DNA from: an uncultured Actinomycetota bacterium
GTDB lineage: Bacteria; Actinomycetota; Actinomycetes; Mycobacteriales; Pseudonocardiaceae
Reading direction: 5' to 3'
DNA length: 64,000 nucleotides
Assembly (NCBI GenBank): GCA_963711715.1
Contig: CAVQFJ010000018.1
Location: 92,137-156,136 of the forward strand
The notes beneath the pieces were generated by a model, which searched no databases, was not told the DNA's origin, and saw nothing but the letters and a program-made list of their open reading frames with translations. The position numbers and the translations under genes were made by a program. This document shows positions 30,384-41,347 of the stretch, in pieces (within the stretch, counting starts at the first letter, position 1; every line of letters starts with the position of its first letter).

Positions 30384-32402
30384 GTGACCGGCGACCTCGC
30401 AGTTCCCCGAGAGGGCCCGCCCTCCGCGGCCGCCGACTCGCGCTCCGCGTCGGTGTTCCCCGTCCTCGAAGCCCTGTTGCCGCGGGTCGCCAAGCCCGTG
30501 CAGTACGTCGGCGGTGAGCTGAACGCGCACGTGAAGGACTGGGCAGCGGCCGCGGTGCGGTGGGCGCTCATGTATCCCGACGCGTACGAGGTGGGGCTGC
30601 CCAACCAGGGTGTTCAGATCCTCTACGAGGTGCTCAACGAGCGGGCCGACGCCCTCGCCGAGCGGTGCTACGCCGTGTGGCCCGACCTCGAGGCCCTGAT
30701 GCGCGAGCACGGCGTGCCGGCGTTCACCGTCGACGGCCACCGTCCGCTCGGCGCGTTCGACCTCGTCGGGGTGAGCTTCGCCACCGAGCTCGGCTACACC
30801 AACCTGCTCACGGCGCTCGACCTCGCCGGGATCCCCCTGCACGCCGTCGAGCGGTCCGCCGACCATCCCGTCGTGGTCGCGGGCGGGCACGCCGCCTTCA
30901 ACCCCGAGCCGGTGGCCGACTTCGTCGACGTCGCGGCGATCGGCGACGGCGAGGAGATCGTCGGCGAGATCACCGACACCGTCGCCGGGTGGAAAGCGGA
31001 CGGGAGCCCGGGTGGGCGTCGGGAGCTGCTGCTCCGGTTGGCGGCCGTCGAGGGCTGCTACGTGCCGTCGATGTACACCGTCGACTACGCCGACGACGGC
31101 GCCATCTCCGCGGTCACGCCGGCGCACGAGCGGGTCCCGCGCACCGTCACCAAGCGCACCACCACCGACCTGGACTCCTGGCCGTACCCGAAGGCCCCGC
31201 TGGTGCCCCTGGCCGAGACCGTGCACGAACGGGCGAGCGTCGAGATCTTCCGCGGCTGCACCCGCGGCTGCCGGTTCTGCCAGGCGGGAATGATCACGAG
31301 GCCGGTGCGGGAGCGGTCGCTGCGGGGGATCGGCGAGATGGTCGACGCCTCGGTCCGCGCCAGCGGGTTCGACGAGGTCGGGCTGCTGTCCCTGTCCAGC
31401 GCCGACCACTCCGAGATCGCGGACATCACCAAGGGCCTGGCCGACCGCTACGAGGGCACCAACACCTCGCTGTCGCTGCCGTCCACCCGCGTCGACGCGT
31501 TCAACATCGACCTCGCCAACGAGATCAGCCGCAACGGCCGCCGCTCCGGGCTCACCTTCGCGCCCGAAGGCGGGTCCGAACGGATCCGGCGGGTGATCAA
31601 CAAGATGGTGTCGGAGGACGACCTGATCCGCACCGTGTCGGAGGCGTTCGCGCAGGGCTGGCGGCAGGTCAAGCTCTACTTCATGTGCGGGCTGCCCACC
31701 GAGGAGGACGCCGACGTCCTCGAGATCGCCGGGATGGCGCACCGGGTGATCCGGGCCGGGCGGGAGGCGTCCGGGCGCAACGACGTGCGCTGCACCATCT
31801 CCATCGGCGGGTTCGTGCCCAAGCCGCACACCCCGTTCCAGTGGGCTGCACAGGCCCACCCCGACGTGGTCGACCGTCGGCTGCGCGGGCTGCGCGCCGC
31901 GGTCAACGCCGACCGGAAGATCGGCCGCAACATCGGGATGCGCTACCACGACGGACAGCCGTCGTTGATCGAAGGCCTGCTCGCCCGCGGGGACCGGCGC
32001 GTCGGGCGGGTGATCGAGCGGGTCTGGCGCGAGGGCGGTCGGTTCGACGGTTGGAGCGAGCACTTCTCCTACGACCGCTGGACCGCCGCCGCCGCCGGCG
32101 AGCTGGAGCCGCTCGGCGTATCGCTGGCCTGGTACACCACGCGCGAGCGGAGCCGCGACGAGGTCCTGCCCTGGGACCACCTCGACTCGGGGCTGGAGCG
32201 CGACTGGCTCTGGGACGACTGGCAGGATGCGCTCGACGGGCGTGAGCAGGACGACTGCCGCTGGACGCCGTGCTTCGACTGCGGGGTGTGCCCGTCCACG
32301 GGCACCGACATCGAGGTCGGGCCGAGCGGCACCACGCTGCTCCCCCTGACGGTGGTCGACTCGGCGGCAGGCGCGGCACGCGGTGCCGGCGCGGGCCGCT
32401 GA
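30384..32402 (+). CDS. B12-binding-domain radical SAM protein (TIGR03960-like)
   Basis: CTRGCRFCQAGMITRP (CxxxCxxC) after an N-terminal B12-like domain. In-frame GTG 30384. The earlier part of ORF 29847..32402 overlaps the previous gene. Confidence 0.85.
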   Translation: MTGDLAVPREGPPSAAADSRSASVFPVLEALLPRVAKPVQYVGGELNAHVKDWAAAAVRWALMYPDAYEVGLPNQGVQILYEVLNERADALAERCYAVWPDLEALMREHGVPAFTVDGHRPLGAFDLVGVSFATELGYTNLLTALDLAGIPLHAVERSADHPVVVAGGHAAFNPEPVADFVDVAAIGDGEEIVGEITDTVAGWKADGSPGGRRELLLRLAAVEGCYVPSMYTVDYADDGAISAVTPAHERVPRTVTKRTTTDLDSWPYPKAPLVPLAETVHERASVEIFRGCTRGCRFCQAGMITRPVRERSLRGIGEMVDASVRASGFDEVGLLSLSSADHSEIADITKGLADRYEGTNTSLSLPSTRVDAFNIDLANEISRNGRRSGLTFAPEGGSERIRRVINKMVSEDDLIRTVSEAFAQGWRQVKLYFMCGLPTEEDADVLEIAGMAHRVIRAGREASGRNDVRCTISIGGFVPKPHTPFQWAAQAHPDVVDRRLRGLRAAVNADRKIGRNIGMRYHDGQPSLIEGLLARGDRRVGRVIERVWREGGRFDGWSEHFSYDRWTAAAAGELEPLGVSLAWYTTRERSRDEVLPWDHLDSGLERDWLWDDWQDALDGREQDDCRWTPCFDCGVCPSTGTDIEVGPSGTTLLPLTVVDSAAGAARGAGAGR

Positions 32403-32471
32403 CGAGCGGCGCGGAGATCGCCGACGAGCGACGTGGCGCCGGTCCCATCGGCCGGCTCCTAGAGTGACGTC

Positions 32472-33266
32472 ATGGCCCGCGTGCGTCCCGGCGAGGCGGC
32501 GAACCCCGCCCCGCCTACCGTGCAACGCGTCCGCGTGCGGTTCGCGAAGCGCGGCCGGATGCGGTTCCTGTCCCACCGCGACGTGGCGCGCAGCGTCGAG
32601 CGCGCGGTCCGCCGGGCCGCACTACCGGTCGCCCACTCGCACGGCTTCAGCCCGCATCCGCGCCTGTCCTGGTTCGGCGCGGCGCCCACCGGGTCGGCGA
32701 GCGAGGCCGAGTACCTGGAGATCGGCCTGACCCGTCCGGTCGATCCCGCCGCGCTGGTCACCGCGCTGGATGCAGCCTTGCCCGACGGCCTGGACGTGCT
32801 CGACGCGGCGGTGGCCGGCGGGGCCGCGCTGGCCGAGCGCATCGACGGGAGCCGCTGGCGTATCGAACTGCCCGGTGTCGAGCCGGATGTGCTGCGCACG
32901 GCCATCGCGGCGCTCGTGGCGCGGGATTCGGTCGTGATCGAGCGGGTCACCCCCTCCGGGCGCCGCCAGATCGACGTGCGGGCGGCGCTCGTCCGGGCCG
33001 AGGTCACCGACCCGCCGACCCCGCCGTCGGCCGGCGCGCGCCCGACGACCGCCGGCCGTGAGGGAACCTGTGCGACAATGACGGCGGTCGTGCGGCAGAC
33101 GACACCCGCCGTTCGACCCGACGACGTGTTGGGTGCACTCGACGTTGTCGCAGGCCTCAGGCCACCGGTGCCCGCGAAGGCGACCCGGATGGCCCAGGGA
33201 CTGCTCGACGACCGAGGCGAGCTGGCCGATCCACTCGGCTCCGACCGGGCCACCCCCCGGGCCTGA
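32472..33266 (+). CDS. radical SAM-associated protein (DUF2344 / TIGR03936-like)
   Basis: QRVRVRFAKRGRMRFLSHRDVARSVERAVRRAALPVAHSHGFSPHPRLSW. It is the conserved partner of the preceding gene. Confidence 0.8.
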   Translation: MARVRPGEAANPAPPTVQRVRVRFAKRGRMRFLSHRDVARSVERAVRRAALPVAHSHGFSPHPRLSWFGAAPTGSASEAEYLEIGLTRPVDPAALVTALDAALPDGLDVLDAAVAGGAALAERIDGSRWRIELPGVEPDVLRTAIAALVARDSVVIERVTPSGRRQIDVRAALVRAEVTDPPTPPSAGARPTTAGREGTCATMTAVVRQTTPAVRPDDVLGALDVVAGLRPPVPAKATRMAQGLLDDRGELADPLGSDRATPRA

Positions 33267-33297
33267 GCCGGCAGGTCGGCACCGGCGCCCCTGCCGG
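33267..33297 (+). terminator. hairpin immediately after the radical-SAM operon stop (8-bp stem CCGGCAGG/CCTGCCGG)
   Basis: Read directly. There is no U-tract. It could also be part of the rne 5' leader. Confidence 0.3.
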
Positions 33298-33440
33298 TAC
33301 CGAGGCGCCGTCGAGGACGAACCGCCCCACGGGGCGGAGCCGGACCAGAGATGTGCTCTCCGCGCACCGCGCGGGGAGAGAACTGAACGTGCCCCTGCGC
33401 GGCCGCCTCCACCGGAGGCGCCCGGGGGCGGAGGAGTTGG

Positions 33441-36400
33441 ATGTCGAACAACGATGCGCCCGCCGGTGGTCCCGGCGGGCCGGTCACCGTACCCGCGCTG
33501 GCCGAGCTGCCCAACCGGATGCGGGTGCACGCGCTGGCCCGGCTGATCGGGCGCACCAGTCGCGAGGTCATGGCCGCTCTTGCCGAACTGGGCGTCGAGG
33601 TGCGCAGCGCACAGTCGAGCGTCGACCGCACGGCGGCCGAGCAGGTCGTGGCGGCGCTCTCACCGGCGGTGGGTGAGCCGGCGCCGTCGGACGCCGAGCC
33701 GGTGACCACCGATGCCCCGGACGACGACCCGGCGGCCCCGCTCGTCCCGCTCTTCGCGCCCCCCACCCCGGTGTTCCAGCCGCCCACCCGGCCCGCGCGC
33801 TCCCGTCGGCGGGCCGCGGCGCCGGAGGTTCCGGCCGGCGTCGACACCTCCGAAGGGGACACTCCGTCGCAGGACGGTCCTGCGGCTGCTGCCGTCGAGG
33901 AGCCGGGGCCTGCCACCGTGCCCGTGGCCGAGCCCGAGGACGACGAGGACGCCGCGGCGCGACGGCGCCGACGCCGCGGTCGCCGCGGCCGGGGCCGTGG
34001 GCGCGGGGCGGAGGGCGACGACGCTGACGAGGGCGGCGAGAACGGCGGCGCCGACGCCGGCACGCCGACCGACCAGCCCGACGACGAGTCCGCGGACGGC
34101 ACTGACGACAGCACCGAGGACGCCGCCGACGACCCGGGTGAGACCGACGGCGAGTCGGCGGGATCACGCCGGCGCCGCCGCCGTCGCCGCCGGAAGGGTG
34201 CGGGCGACGACAACGGCGCGCTCGCCGACGATGTCGACCCGCCCAACACGGTCGTGCGGGTCCGCCAGCCCCGCGAGCAGCGATCCGACGACGCCGACGG
34301 CGACGGCGTGCAGAGCGTCCGCGGGTCCACGCGGCTCGAGGCCAAGCGTCAGCGCCGCCGGGACGGTCGCGACGCCGGTCGGCGTCGGGTGCCGATCCTG
34401 TCCGAGTCGGAGTTCCTGGCCCGTCGCGAGTCGGTGGACCGCTCGATGGTCGTGCGCGAGCGCGGCGACCGCGTCGAGATCGCGGTGCTCGAGGACGAGA
34501 TCCTCGTGGAGCACTTCGTCGCCACCCGGGGCGGGGCCGGCGAGTCCATGGTCGGCAACATCTACCTGGGTCGGGTCCAGAACGTGCTGCCGAGCATGGA
34601 GGCCGCGTTCGTCGACATCGGCCGCGGTCGCAACGCCGTGCTCTACGCCGGCGAGGTCGACTGGGACGCGGCTGGGCTCGGCGGCAAGGCTCGCCGCATC
34701 GAACAGGCCCTGAGCAGTGGTGACAGCGTGCTCGTGCAGGTCACCAAGGACCCCATCGGCCACAAGGGCGCCCGGCTCACCACGCAGATCAGCCTGGCCG
34801 GCCGCTTCCTCGTCTACGTGCCCTCCGGTGGAGCGGCCGGGATCAGCCGCAAGCTGCCCGACATCGAGCGCAAGCGGCTCAAGGACATGCTCAAGGAGAT
34901 CGTTCCCAGCGAGGCCGGAGTGATCATCCGCACCGCCTCGGAGGGTGTGAGCCACGAGGCACTGGAGCGCGACGTCCGGCGCCTGCAGGCCCAGTGGGAG
35001 GTCGTCAAGGGCAAGGCCGAGCAGACCGGGCCGAGCAAGCCCAAGGCGCCGGTGCTGCTCTACGAGGAGCCGGACCTGCTGATCAAGGTCGTGCGCGACC
35101 AGTTCAACGAGGACTTCTCCCGCCTCGTGGTCGAGGGCGACGACGCCTGGGACACCCTGCAGAACTACGTCGGGCACGTCGCGTCCGAGCTCGCCGACCG
35201 CCTGCACCGGCATGTCGGGGTGAAGGACGTCTTCGCCGAGTACCGCATCGACGAGCAGCTGCTCAAGGCACTCGACCGCAAGGTGTGGCTGCCGTCGGGC
35301 GGCACGCTGGTGATCGACCGCACCGAGGCCATGACGGTCATCGACGTCAACACCGGCAAGTTCACCGGCTCCGGGGGCAACCTCGAGGAGACGGTCACGC
35401 GCAACAACCTGGAGGCGGCCGAGGAGGTCGTCCGTCAGCTGCGGCTGCGCGACATCGGCGGCATCATCGTCATCGACTTCATCGACATGGTGCTCGAGGC
35501 CAACCGGGACCTCGTCCTGCGCCGCCTCACCGAGTGCCTCTCGCGGGACCGCACTCGCCACCAGGTGGCCGAAGTCACTTCGCTGGGCCTGGTGCAGATG
35601 ACGCGCAAGCGCGTCGGCGGTGGCCTGCTCGAGCACTTCTCCACGCCGTGCGAGCACTGCCGCGGCCGCGGGGTGGTCGTCACCGCCGAGCCGATCACGG
35701 AGGAGAAGCGGCCCGACGCCGGGCGCGGGGACGGCCGACCCGAGCGTGAGCCCTCCGGCCGCCGCGCCCGGGGTGGCCGCGCCCGCCGCGGAGACGACGA
35801 GGACCGCGTGGGCCCGGACAGCGGGCGGGACCGACGCCGCGCCGGTCGGGCCGAGGACGAGGTCGATCCCGGCGATGCGTCGGTGGACGTCGGGGCACCC
35901 GCGGCCGAGCCGGCCGCCCGCCCGACCCCGGCGCCCCCCACGGTGGCTGTGGAGGCGCCGGTCGTGGAGGTGCCTGATCCGTCGGCCGCCGACGCTCCGG
36001 TCGTGGACGCTCCCGCGGTCGACGGGCCGGTCCTGGATGTGCCGGTCACGACCGCGGTGCCCGACACCGAGCCGCCGGCTGTGCCCGTCGGGGTCGAGGC
36101 GGTCACGCACGACTCGGTGGCCGATCCGGTGGCCGACGCGGTCGAGGAGGTCGTCGTCGAACGTTCGATGGCCGAGCAGACCGGCCGCGCGGACGCCACC
36201 GGCGTCGACTCCGCCGTCACCCCCGACGTCGACTCGGCCCCCGGCGGGGCCGAGGGGAGACAGAACGGACACGCCCGACCGCCGCGTCAGCGACGTGGCC
36301 GGGTCACCCGCACGGCGGGCGCACCCTCGGCGACCGGCGGTGACGCGCCCACCGTCGCGGTGGTCACGGTGCCGGCCGCGCCGGAGGACGAGACGATCGC

Positions 36401-36593
36401 TTCCGTCCCGGCCGTCGTCGCAGCGCCGCAGCCGGCGCCGGCCGCCACCCGGCCCCGGCGCGGCCGCCGGGCCGCATCACGCCCGGCCGGCCCGCCGCCC
36501 GCCACGGAGGGTGGCGGCGGTGTCACCACCGACACCGGTGCCGCGGCCGATCCGTCCGCCGGCAGCGGCGCCACCGGGGGAGACCCGGTTTGA
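33441..36593 (+). CDS. rne: ribonuclease E (Rne/Rng family) with long Arg/Asp/Glu/Pro-rich flanking regions
   Basis: S1 and catalytic core ([48 protein letters not shown]). ATG follows GGAGGAG. Confidence 0.93.
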   Translation: MSNNDAPAGGPGGPVTVPALAELPNRMRVHALARLIGRTSREVMAALAELGVEVRSAQSSVDRTAAEQVVAALSPAVGEPAPSDAEPVTTDAPDDDPAAPLVPLFAPPTPVFQPPTRPARSRRRAAAPEVPAGVDTSEGDTPSQDGPAAAAVEEPGPATVPVAEPEDDEDAAARRRRRRGRRGRGRGRGAEGDDADEGGENGGADAGTPTDQPDDESADGTDDSTEDAADDPGETDGESAGSRRRRRRRRRKGAGDDNGALADDVDPPNTVVRVRQPREQRSDDADGDGVQSVRGSTRLEAKRQRRRDGRDAGRRRVPILSESEFLARRESVDRSMVVRERGDRVEIAVLEDEILVEHFVATRGGAGESMVGNIYLGRVQNVLPSMEAAFVDIGRGRNAVLYAGEVDWDAAGLGGKARRIEQALSSGDSVLVQVTKDPIGHKGARLTTQISLAGRFLVYVPSGGAAGISRKLPDIERKRLKDMLKEIVPSEAGVIIRTASEGVSHEALERDVRRLQAQWEVVKGKAEQTGPSKPKAPVLLYEEPDLLIKVVRDQFNEDFSRLVVEGDDAWDTLQNYVGHVASELADRLHRHVGVKDVFAEYRIDEQLLKALDRKVWLPSGGTLVIDRTEAMTVIDVNTGKFTGSGGNLEETVTRNNLEAAEEVVRQLRLRDIGGIIVIDFIDMVLEANRDLVLRRLTECLSRDRTRHQVAEVTSLGLVQMTRKRVGGGLLEHFSTPCEHCRGRGVVVTAEPITEEKRPDAGRGDGRPEREPSGRRARGGRARRGDDEDRVGPDSGRDRRRAGRAEDEVDPGDASVDVGAPAAEPAARPTPAPPTVAVEAPVVEVPDPSAADAPVVDAPAVDGPVLDVPVTTAVPDTEPPAVPVGVEAVTHDSVADPVADAVEEVVVERSMAEQTGRADATGVDSAVTPDVDSAPGGAEGRQNGHARPPRQRRGRVTRTAGAPSATGGDAPTVAVVTVPAAPEDETIASVPAVVAAPQPAPAATRPRRGRRAASRPAGPPPATEGGGGVTTDTGAAADPSAGSGATGGDPV

Positions 36594-36657
36594 CCCTGCT
36601 CGCCGACCTTCCGTACCCTGGGACACCTGCGCCGCGCTCTGTCGATGGGCGCGGCTC

Positions 36658-36677
36658 GCGCAGGAGTGATCCTGCGC
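36658..36677 (+). terminator. hairpin GCGCAGG-agtgat-CCTGCGC followed by TTCGT, in the rne-rplU spacer (terminator or rplU leader element)
   Basis: Read directly. A second 7-bp hairpin lies at 36631-36655. Confidence 0.3.
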
Positions 36678-36709
36678 TTCGTCCCCCGAGCTCCAGGAGC
36701 AGTGCGTCG

Positions 36710-37018
36710 ATGTACGCGATCGTCAAGACCGGCGGCAAGCAGTACAAGGTGGCCGTCGACGACGTGCTCACGGTCGAGAAGATCGACGGTGCACCTGGCA
36801 CGGAGATCACGTTGCCGGCTCTGCTCCTGGTGGACGGTGACGACGTCACGACCGACGCGGAGGCGTTGGCCGGCGCGTCGATCACCGCCACGGTCGTCGA
36901 GCACACCAAGGGTCCGAAGATCCGCATCCACAAGTTCAAGAACAAGACCGGGTACCACAAGCGCCAGGGGCACCGTCAGCCGCTGACGAAGGTCCAGGTC
37001 ACCGGCATCGCGACGTAG
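36710..37018 (+). CDS. rplU: 50S ribosomal protein L21
   Basis: [30 protein letters not shown]. Confidence 0.97.
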   Translation: MYAIVKTGGKQYKVAVDDVLTVEKIDGAPGTEITLPALLLVDGDDVTTDAEALAGASITATVVEHTKGPKIRIHKFKNKTGYHKRQGHRQPLTKVQVTGIAT

Positions 37019-37032
37019 AGGGAGACGCAGCC

Positions 37033-37290
37033 ATGGCACACAAGAAGGGTGCGTCCAGCTCACGCAACGGGCGCGACTCCAACGCGCAGCGGCTCGGTGT
37101 GAAGCGCTTCGGTGGTCAGGTCGTCGGGGCGGGTGAGATCCTCATCCGCCAGCGCGGCACCAAGTTCCACCCGGGCAACGGGGTCGGCCGCGGCGGCGAC
37201 GACACGCTGTTCGCGCTGGTCGAGGGCGCGGTCGAGTTCGGGTACACCAAGGGCCGCAAGGTCGTCCACGTGGTGCCGGCGCAGGCCTGA
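37033..37290 (+). CDS. rpmA: 50S ribosomal protein L27
   Basis: [29 protein letters not shown]. Confidence 0.98.
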   Translation: MAHKKGASSSRNGRDSNAQRLGVKRFGGQVVGAGEILIRQRGTKFHPGNGVGRGGDDTLFALVEGAVEFGYTKGRKVVHVVPAQA

Positions 37291-37318
37291 GGTCGGTCGC
37301 ACACACCAGTTCTGCATC

Positions 37319-37346
37319 GGCGGGCCGCCCTCGTGGGTGGCCCGCC
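37319..37346 (+). terminator. hairpin GGCGGGCC-N12-GGCCCGCC followed by GTTCGTCGT, between rpmA and obg
   Basis: Read directly. 8-bp GC stem. Confidence 0.35.
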
Positions 37347-37368
37347 GTTCGTCGTCCGAGAGGGAGTC

Positions 37369-38856
37369 ATGGCCAGGTTCGTGGATCGCGTGGTGCTGCA
37401 CGCCACCGCGGGCGCGGGCGGCAATGGCTGCGCCTCGGTGCACCGCGAGAAGTTCAAGCCGCTCGGCGGCCCTGATGGCGGCAACGGCGGGCGCGGCGGC
37501 TCGATCGTGCTGGTCGTCGACCCCGGCGTGCACACCCTGCTCGACTTCCACCACCGCCCGCACGCGATGGCGCGCAACGGCAGGCAGGGGCAGGGTGGGT
37601 TCAAGGCCGGCGCGAACGCGGAGGACCTGGAACTGCGGGTCCCCGACGGCACGGTCGTCTTCTCCGCCGCCGACGGGGAGATCATCGCCGACCTCGTCGG
37701 CCCCGGCACCCGGTTCGTCGCGGCCGAGGGCGGCCGTGGCGGGCTGGGCAACGCCGCACTCGCCTCGGCGGCGCGCAGGGCACCCGGGTTCGCGCTCCTC
37801 GGCGAGCCGGGGGAGGCCCGCGAGCTCGTGCTGGAGCTGCGGTCGATGGCCGACGTCGGGCTGGTCGGTTTCCCGTCGGCCGGCAAGTCGTCGCTGGTCG
37901 CGGCGCTGTCCGCGGCCCGCCCGAAGATCGCCGACTACCCGTTCACCACGCTGGTGCCCCAGCTCGGGGTGGTCCGCGCCGGCGGCGACGCCGAGGTGTT
38001 CACCGTGGCCGACGTTCCGGGGCTGATCCCGGGGGCGTCCGAGGGTCGTGGTCTCGGGCTGGACTTCCTGCGCCACATCGAACGCTGCTCGGTGTTCGTG
38101 CACGTCGTCGACTGTGCGACGTTCGAACCCGACCGCGATCCCGTCGCCGACGTCCAGGCACTCGAGGACGAGCTGGCCCGCTACACCCCGGCGCTGGGCG
38201 GCGAGCTGTCCGACCGGCCACGGCTGATCGCCCTCAACAAGATCGACGTGCCGGACGCGCGCGAACTGGCCGAGCTCGTCACCCCCGAGCTGACCGCGCG
38301 GTTCGGTTGGCCGGTGCTCCCGATCTCCACCGCGAGCCGGTCCGGGCTGCGCGAGCTGACTTTCGCCATGGCCGAGCAGGTGCGGGCCCACCGGGCGGCG
38401 CAGCCGGTCCTCGAGGCCACCAGGATCGTTCTCCGTCCCACGGCCGTCGACGACGCCGGTTTCACGGTCGAGGCCGACCAGGCGCTGCCCGGTGGATTCG
38501 TCGTGCGCGGGACGCGGCCGGAACGCTGGATCCGCCAGACGTCCTTCGACAACGACGAAGCCGTGGGCTACCTCGCCGACCGGCTGGCCCGGCTCGGGGT
38601 GGAGGAAGCGCTCGCCGAGGCCGGCGCCGAGCCGGGGGCGCCGGTCACGATCGGCGAGGTGACCTTCGACTGGGAGCCGAGCACCCCTGCGGGCGTGGCC
38701 GTGCTGATGTCCGGTCGGGGCACCGACCGGCGGCTCGACCGCACCAGCCGGGTCGCCGCGGCCGCGCGCAAGGCGGCCCGGATCGAGCGGCGCCAGCACC
38801 ACACCGACGAGGAGCTGCTCGCCGACCGGCCGGACGAGGCCCCCACCGACCCATGA
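37369..38856 (+). CDS. obgE: GTPase Obg/CgtA
   Basis: [44 protein letters not shown]; G1 motif GFPSAGKSS. Confidence 0.95.
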   Translation: MARFVDRVVLHATAGAGGNGCASVHREKFKPLGGPDGGNGGRGGSIVLVVDPGVHTLLDFHHRPHAMARNGRQGQGGFKAGANAEDLELRVPDGTVVFSAADGEIIADLVGPGTRFVAAEGGRGGLGNAALASAARRAPGFALLGEPGEARELVLELRSMADVGLVGFPSAGKSSLVAALSAARPKIADYPFTTLVPQLGVVRAGGDAEVFTVADVPGLIPGASEGRGLGLDFLRHIERCSVFVHVVDCATFEPDRDPVADVQALEDELARYTPALGGELSDRPRLIALNKIDVPDARELAELVTPELTARFGWPVLPISTASRSGLRELTFAMAEQVRAHRAAQPVLEATRIVLRPTAVDDAGFTVEADQALPGGFVVRGTRPERWIRQTSFDNDEAVGYLADRLARLGVEEALAEAGAEPGAPVTIGEVTFDWEPSTPAGVAVLMSGRGTDRRLDRTSRVAAAARKAARIERRQHHTDEELLADRPDEAPTDP

Positions 38857-38902
38857 GCCGCCGCCATGACCGGCCCAGCTGTCGTCGCGCGGAGGAGGAC
38901 CG

Positions 38903-40024
38903 GTGACCGCGCGCGCGCAGCTCGCCCGGGCCCGGCGGCTGGTCGTCAAGGTCGGGTCCTCCTCGCTCACGAGCCTCGACGGCGGGATCGATCCGTCCCG
39001 CCTCGACGCACTCGTCGACGCGCTCGCGGCGCGCCGGGCGGCGGGCAGCCAGGTCGTGCTGGTGTCGTCGGGGGCGATCGCCGCGGGGCTCGCGCCACTC
39101 GGGCTCTCCCGCCGGCCCCGGGACCTCGCCACGCAGCAGGCCGCCGCGGCTGTCGGGCAGCTCCTGCTCGCACAGGCCTACGGGGCGTCGTTCGGTCGGC
39201 ACGGTCACGCGATCGGCCAGGTGCTCCTGACGGCCGATGACATGGTCCGCCGGGCCCACTACCGCAACGCCCAGCGAACGCTCGAGCGACTACTCGGGTT
39301 GGGCGTGCTGCCGGTGGTCAACGAGAACGACACGGTGGCCACCGACGAGATCCGAGTCGGTGACAACGACCGGCTGGCCGCCCTGGTGGCGCACCTGGTC
39401 GGCGCCGACGGACTCGTCCTGCTCTCGGACGTCGACGGACTGTACGACGGGGATCCGCGACGTCCGGGTGCGCGGCAGCTCGCCGAGGTGCAGGTGCCCG
39501 CGGACCTGGACCCCGTGCGGGTCGCCGCGCCGGGTGCGGCCGGCCTGGGCCGTGGCGGGATGGCGACCAAGATCACCGCCGCGACCATGGCGGCGGCGTC
39601 GGGCATCCCGGTCCTGCTCGCCGCGGCCGAGGACGTCGCGGCCGCCCTCGACGTCTCGGACGAGGGCCCGAAGACCGGCACGGCCTTCCGGCCGTCGGGC
39701 CGGCGGCTCTCGGCGCGCCGGTTCTGGTTGCGGCACGCCGCCGACGTGCGCGGGTCGCTCCACCTGGACGCCGGCGCGGTGGCGGCGGTCATCGACCACC
39801 GGCGGTCGCTGCTGGCGGCCGGCATCCACGGGATCTCCGGTGACTTCGTGGCAGGTGACGTCGTGGACCTCGTCGGGCCGCACGGGGTCGTCGTCGCGCG
39901 CGGCGTGGTGGGTTTCGACGCGGCCGAGCTGCCGGAGCTGATCGGCCGCCGATCCCGGGACGTCGCACCCGAACAGCGCCGCGAGGTCGTCCACGCCGAC
40001 GACCTGGTCCCGCTGCTCCCCTGA
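38903..40024 (+). CDS. proB: glutamate 5-kinase
   Basis: RLVVKVGSSSLT..VLVSSGAIAAG..NENDTVATDEIRVGDNDRLAA, plus a C-terminal PUA domain. Confidence 0.95.
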   Translation: MTARAQLARARRLVVKVGSSSLTSLDGGIDPSRLDALVDALAARRAAGSQVVLVSSGAIAAGLAPLGLSRRPRDLATQQAAAAVGQLLLAQAYGASFGRHGHAIGQVLLTADDMVRRAHYRNAQRTLERLLGLGVLPVVNENDTVATDEIRVGDNDRLAALVAHLVGADGLVLLSDVDGLYDGDPRRPGARQLAEVQVPADLDPVRVAAPGAAGLGRGGMATKITAATMAAASGIPVLLAAAEDVAAALDVSDEGPKTGTAFRPSGRRLSARRFWLRHAADVRGSLHLDAGAVAAVIDHRRSLLAAGIHGISGDFVAGDVVDLVGPHGVVVARGVVGFDAAELPELIGRRSRDVAPEQRREVVHADDLVPLLP

Positions 40025-40094
40025 CCCGTTCTGCGCCCGTTCTGCGCTCGCGTCGAGGTTGTCGTCCGCCGCCGGCCCGACCACACTCGGGCGG

Positions 40095-41327
40095 ATGGCC
40101 GCCGCCGACCGCGCCCGCGCCCGGCTGGCCGACGCGCTCCGCACGGCGCAGCGCATCCGCACGCCGGCGGTCGAGGAGGCGTTCCGGACGGTCCCGAGGC
40201 ACCTGTTCCTGCCCGACGTCTCGACGGCGGAGGCCTACGCCGACGAGGCCGTGGCCGTGCAGCACGTCGACGGCGTCGCGACGAGCTCGGCGTCGCAGCC
40301 ATCGATGGTGGCGATCATGCTCGAGCAGCTCGGGCTGCGGCCCGGGCACCGCGTTCTCGAGATCGGCGCCGGCACCGGCTACAACGCGGCGCTGATGGCG
40401 CGGATCGTGGGCCCGGCGGGTGCGGTCGTGGCGGTCGACATCGACCCCGAACTCATCGGGTCCGCCGGTCGGCACCTGGACGCGGCCGGCTGCCACCGTG
40501 TCGAGCTGATCTGCGCGGACGGGGCGCTGGGCCATCCGGCGGGAGCGCCGTACGACCGGATCGTGCTCACCGTCGGGGCCGCGGACATCCGCCCGGACTG
40601 GGTGGCGCAGCTCGCGTCCGGTGGCCGGTTGCTGCTGCCGCTGGCGGTGCGCGGCAGCCAGCTGTCGGTGGCGCTCGACCTCGGTCCGGACGGGCTGCTG
40701 CACAGCGACTCCGTGCGCAGCTGCGCCTTCATCCGGCTGCGCGGGATCGGGGCGGGCACGGACGCCACCGTCCGCCTCGCGAACGGCCTGCTCGCGCAGG
40801 TGCCCGACGACGCTCCCGTGCCCGTCGATCCCGATGCGCTCGCCGTGGCCCTCGAGGATCCCGGCCCGGAGCGCGGGGCGCCGGTCCCGCTGACGCTCAT
40901 GGACGTGTGGGACGGGTTCGGGCTGTGGCTGGCGCTCACCGAGCCGGGCACGGTCCGCCTGCTCACCGACGGTGGCCATCCGCTCGACCAGCGGACGTTC
41001 CGGCCCGGATCCGGTGGTGGTGCGACCGTCGCGCTCGTGGAGGACGCCGGGGCCGCCGTGGTCGTGCGCGGCCGGCGAGGGACGGCGGTGCAGGCCTACG
41101 GCCGGCGTGGCGAGGTCCTCACCGAGCGCGTGCTGGGTGGTCTGGAGCGCTGGAACGGGGCGGGGTCCCCGAGCTCCGCGGAGCTGGAGATCCTCGTCGC
41201 GCCCCGGACGCACCCCGGGCCGGGGGACCGGGCCGGGACGGCGAGGGTGCAGAAGGAGCACTCGACGGTTCTGGTGCGTTGGTCGCACCCGGCCAGCCGA
41301 TCCGATCCGGCCCGTTCGGCACCCTGA
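40095..41327 (+). CDS. protein-L-isoaspartate O-methyltransferase (PIMT)-like SAM methyltransferase with a ~200-aa C-terminal extension
   Basis: FRTVPRHLFLP..SSASQPSMVAIMLEQL..VLEIGAGTGYNAALMA..YDRIVLTVGA, then an extension with no domain I recognise. Start at ATG 40095 or TTG 40059. Confidence 0.7.
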   Translation: MAAADRARARLADALRTAQRIRTPAVEEAFRTVPRHLFLPDVSTAEAYADEAVAVQHVDGVATSSASQPSMVAIMLEQLGLRPGHRVLEIGAGTGYNAALMARIVGPAGAVVAVDIDPELIGSAGRHLDAAGCHRVELICADGALGHPAGAPYDRIVLTVGAADIRPDWVAQLASGGRLLLPLAVRGSQLSVALDLGPDGLLHSDSVRSCAFIRLRGIGAGTDATVRLANGLLAQVPDDAPVPVDPDALAVALEDPGPERGAPVPLTLMDVWDGFGLWLALTEPGTVRLLTDGGHPLDQRTFRPGSGGGATVALVEDAGAAVVVRGRRGTAVQAYGRRGEVLTERVLGGLERWNGAGSPSSAELEILVAPRTHPGPGDRAGTARVQKEHSTVLVRWSHPASRSDPARSAP

Positions 41328-41347
41328 TCGGGCCCGTGACGGGGACG

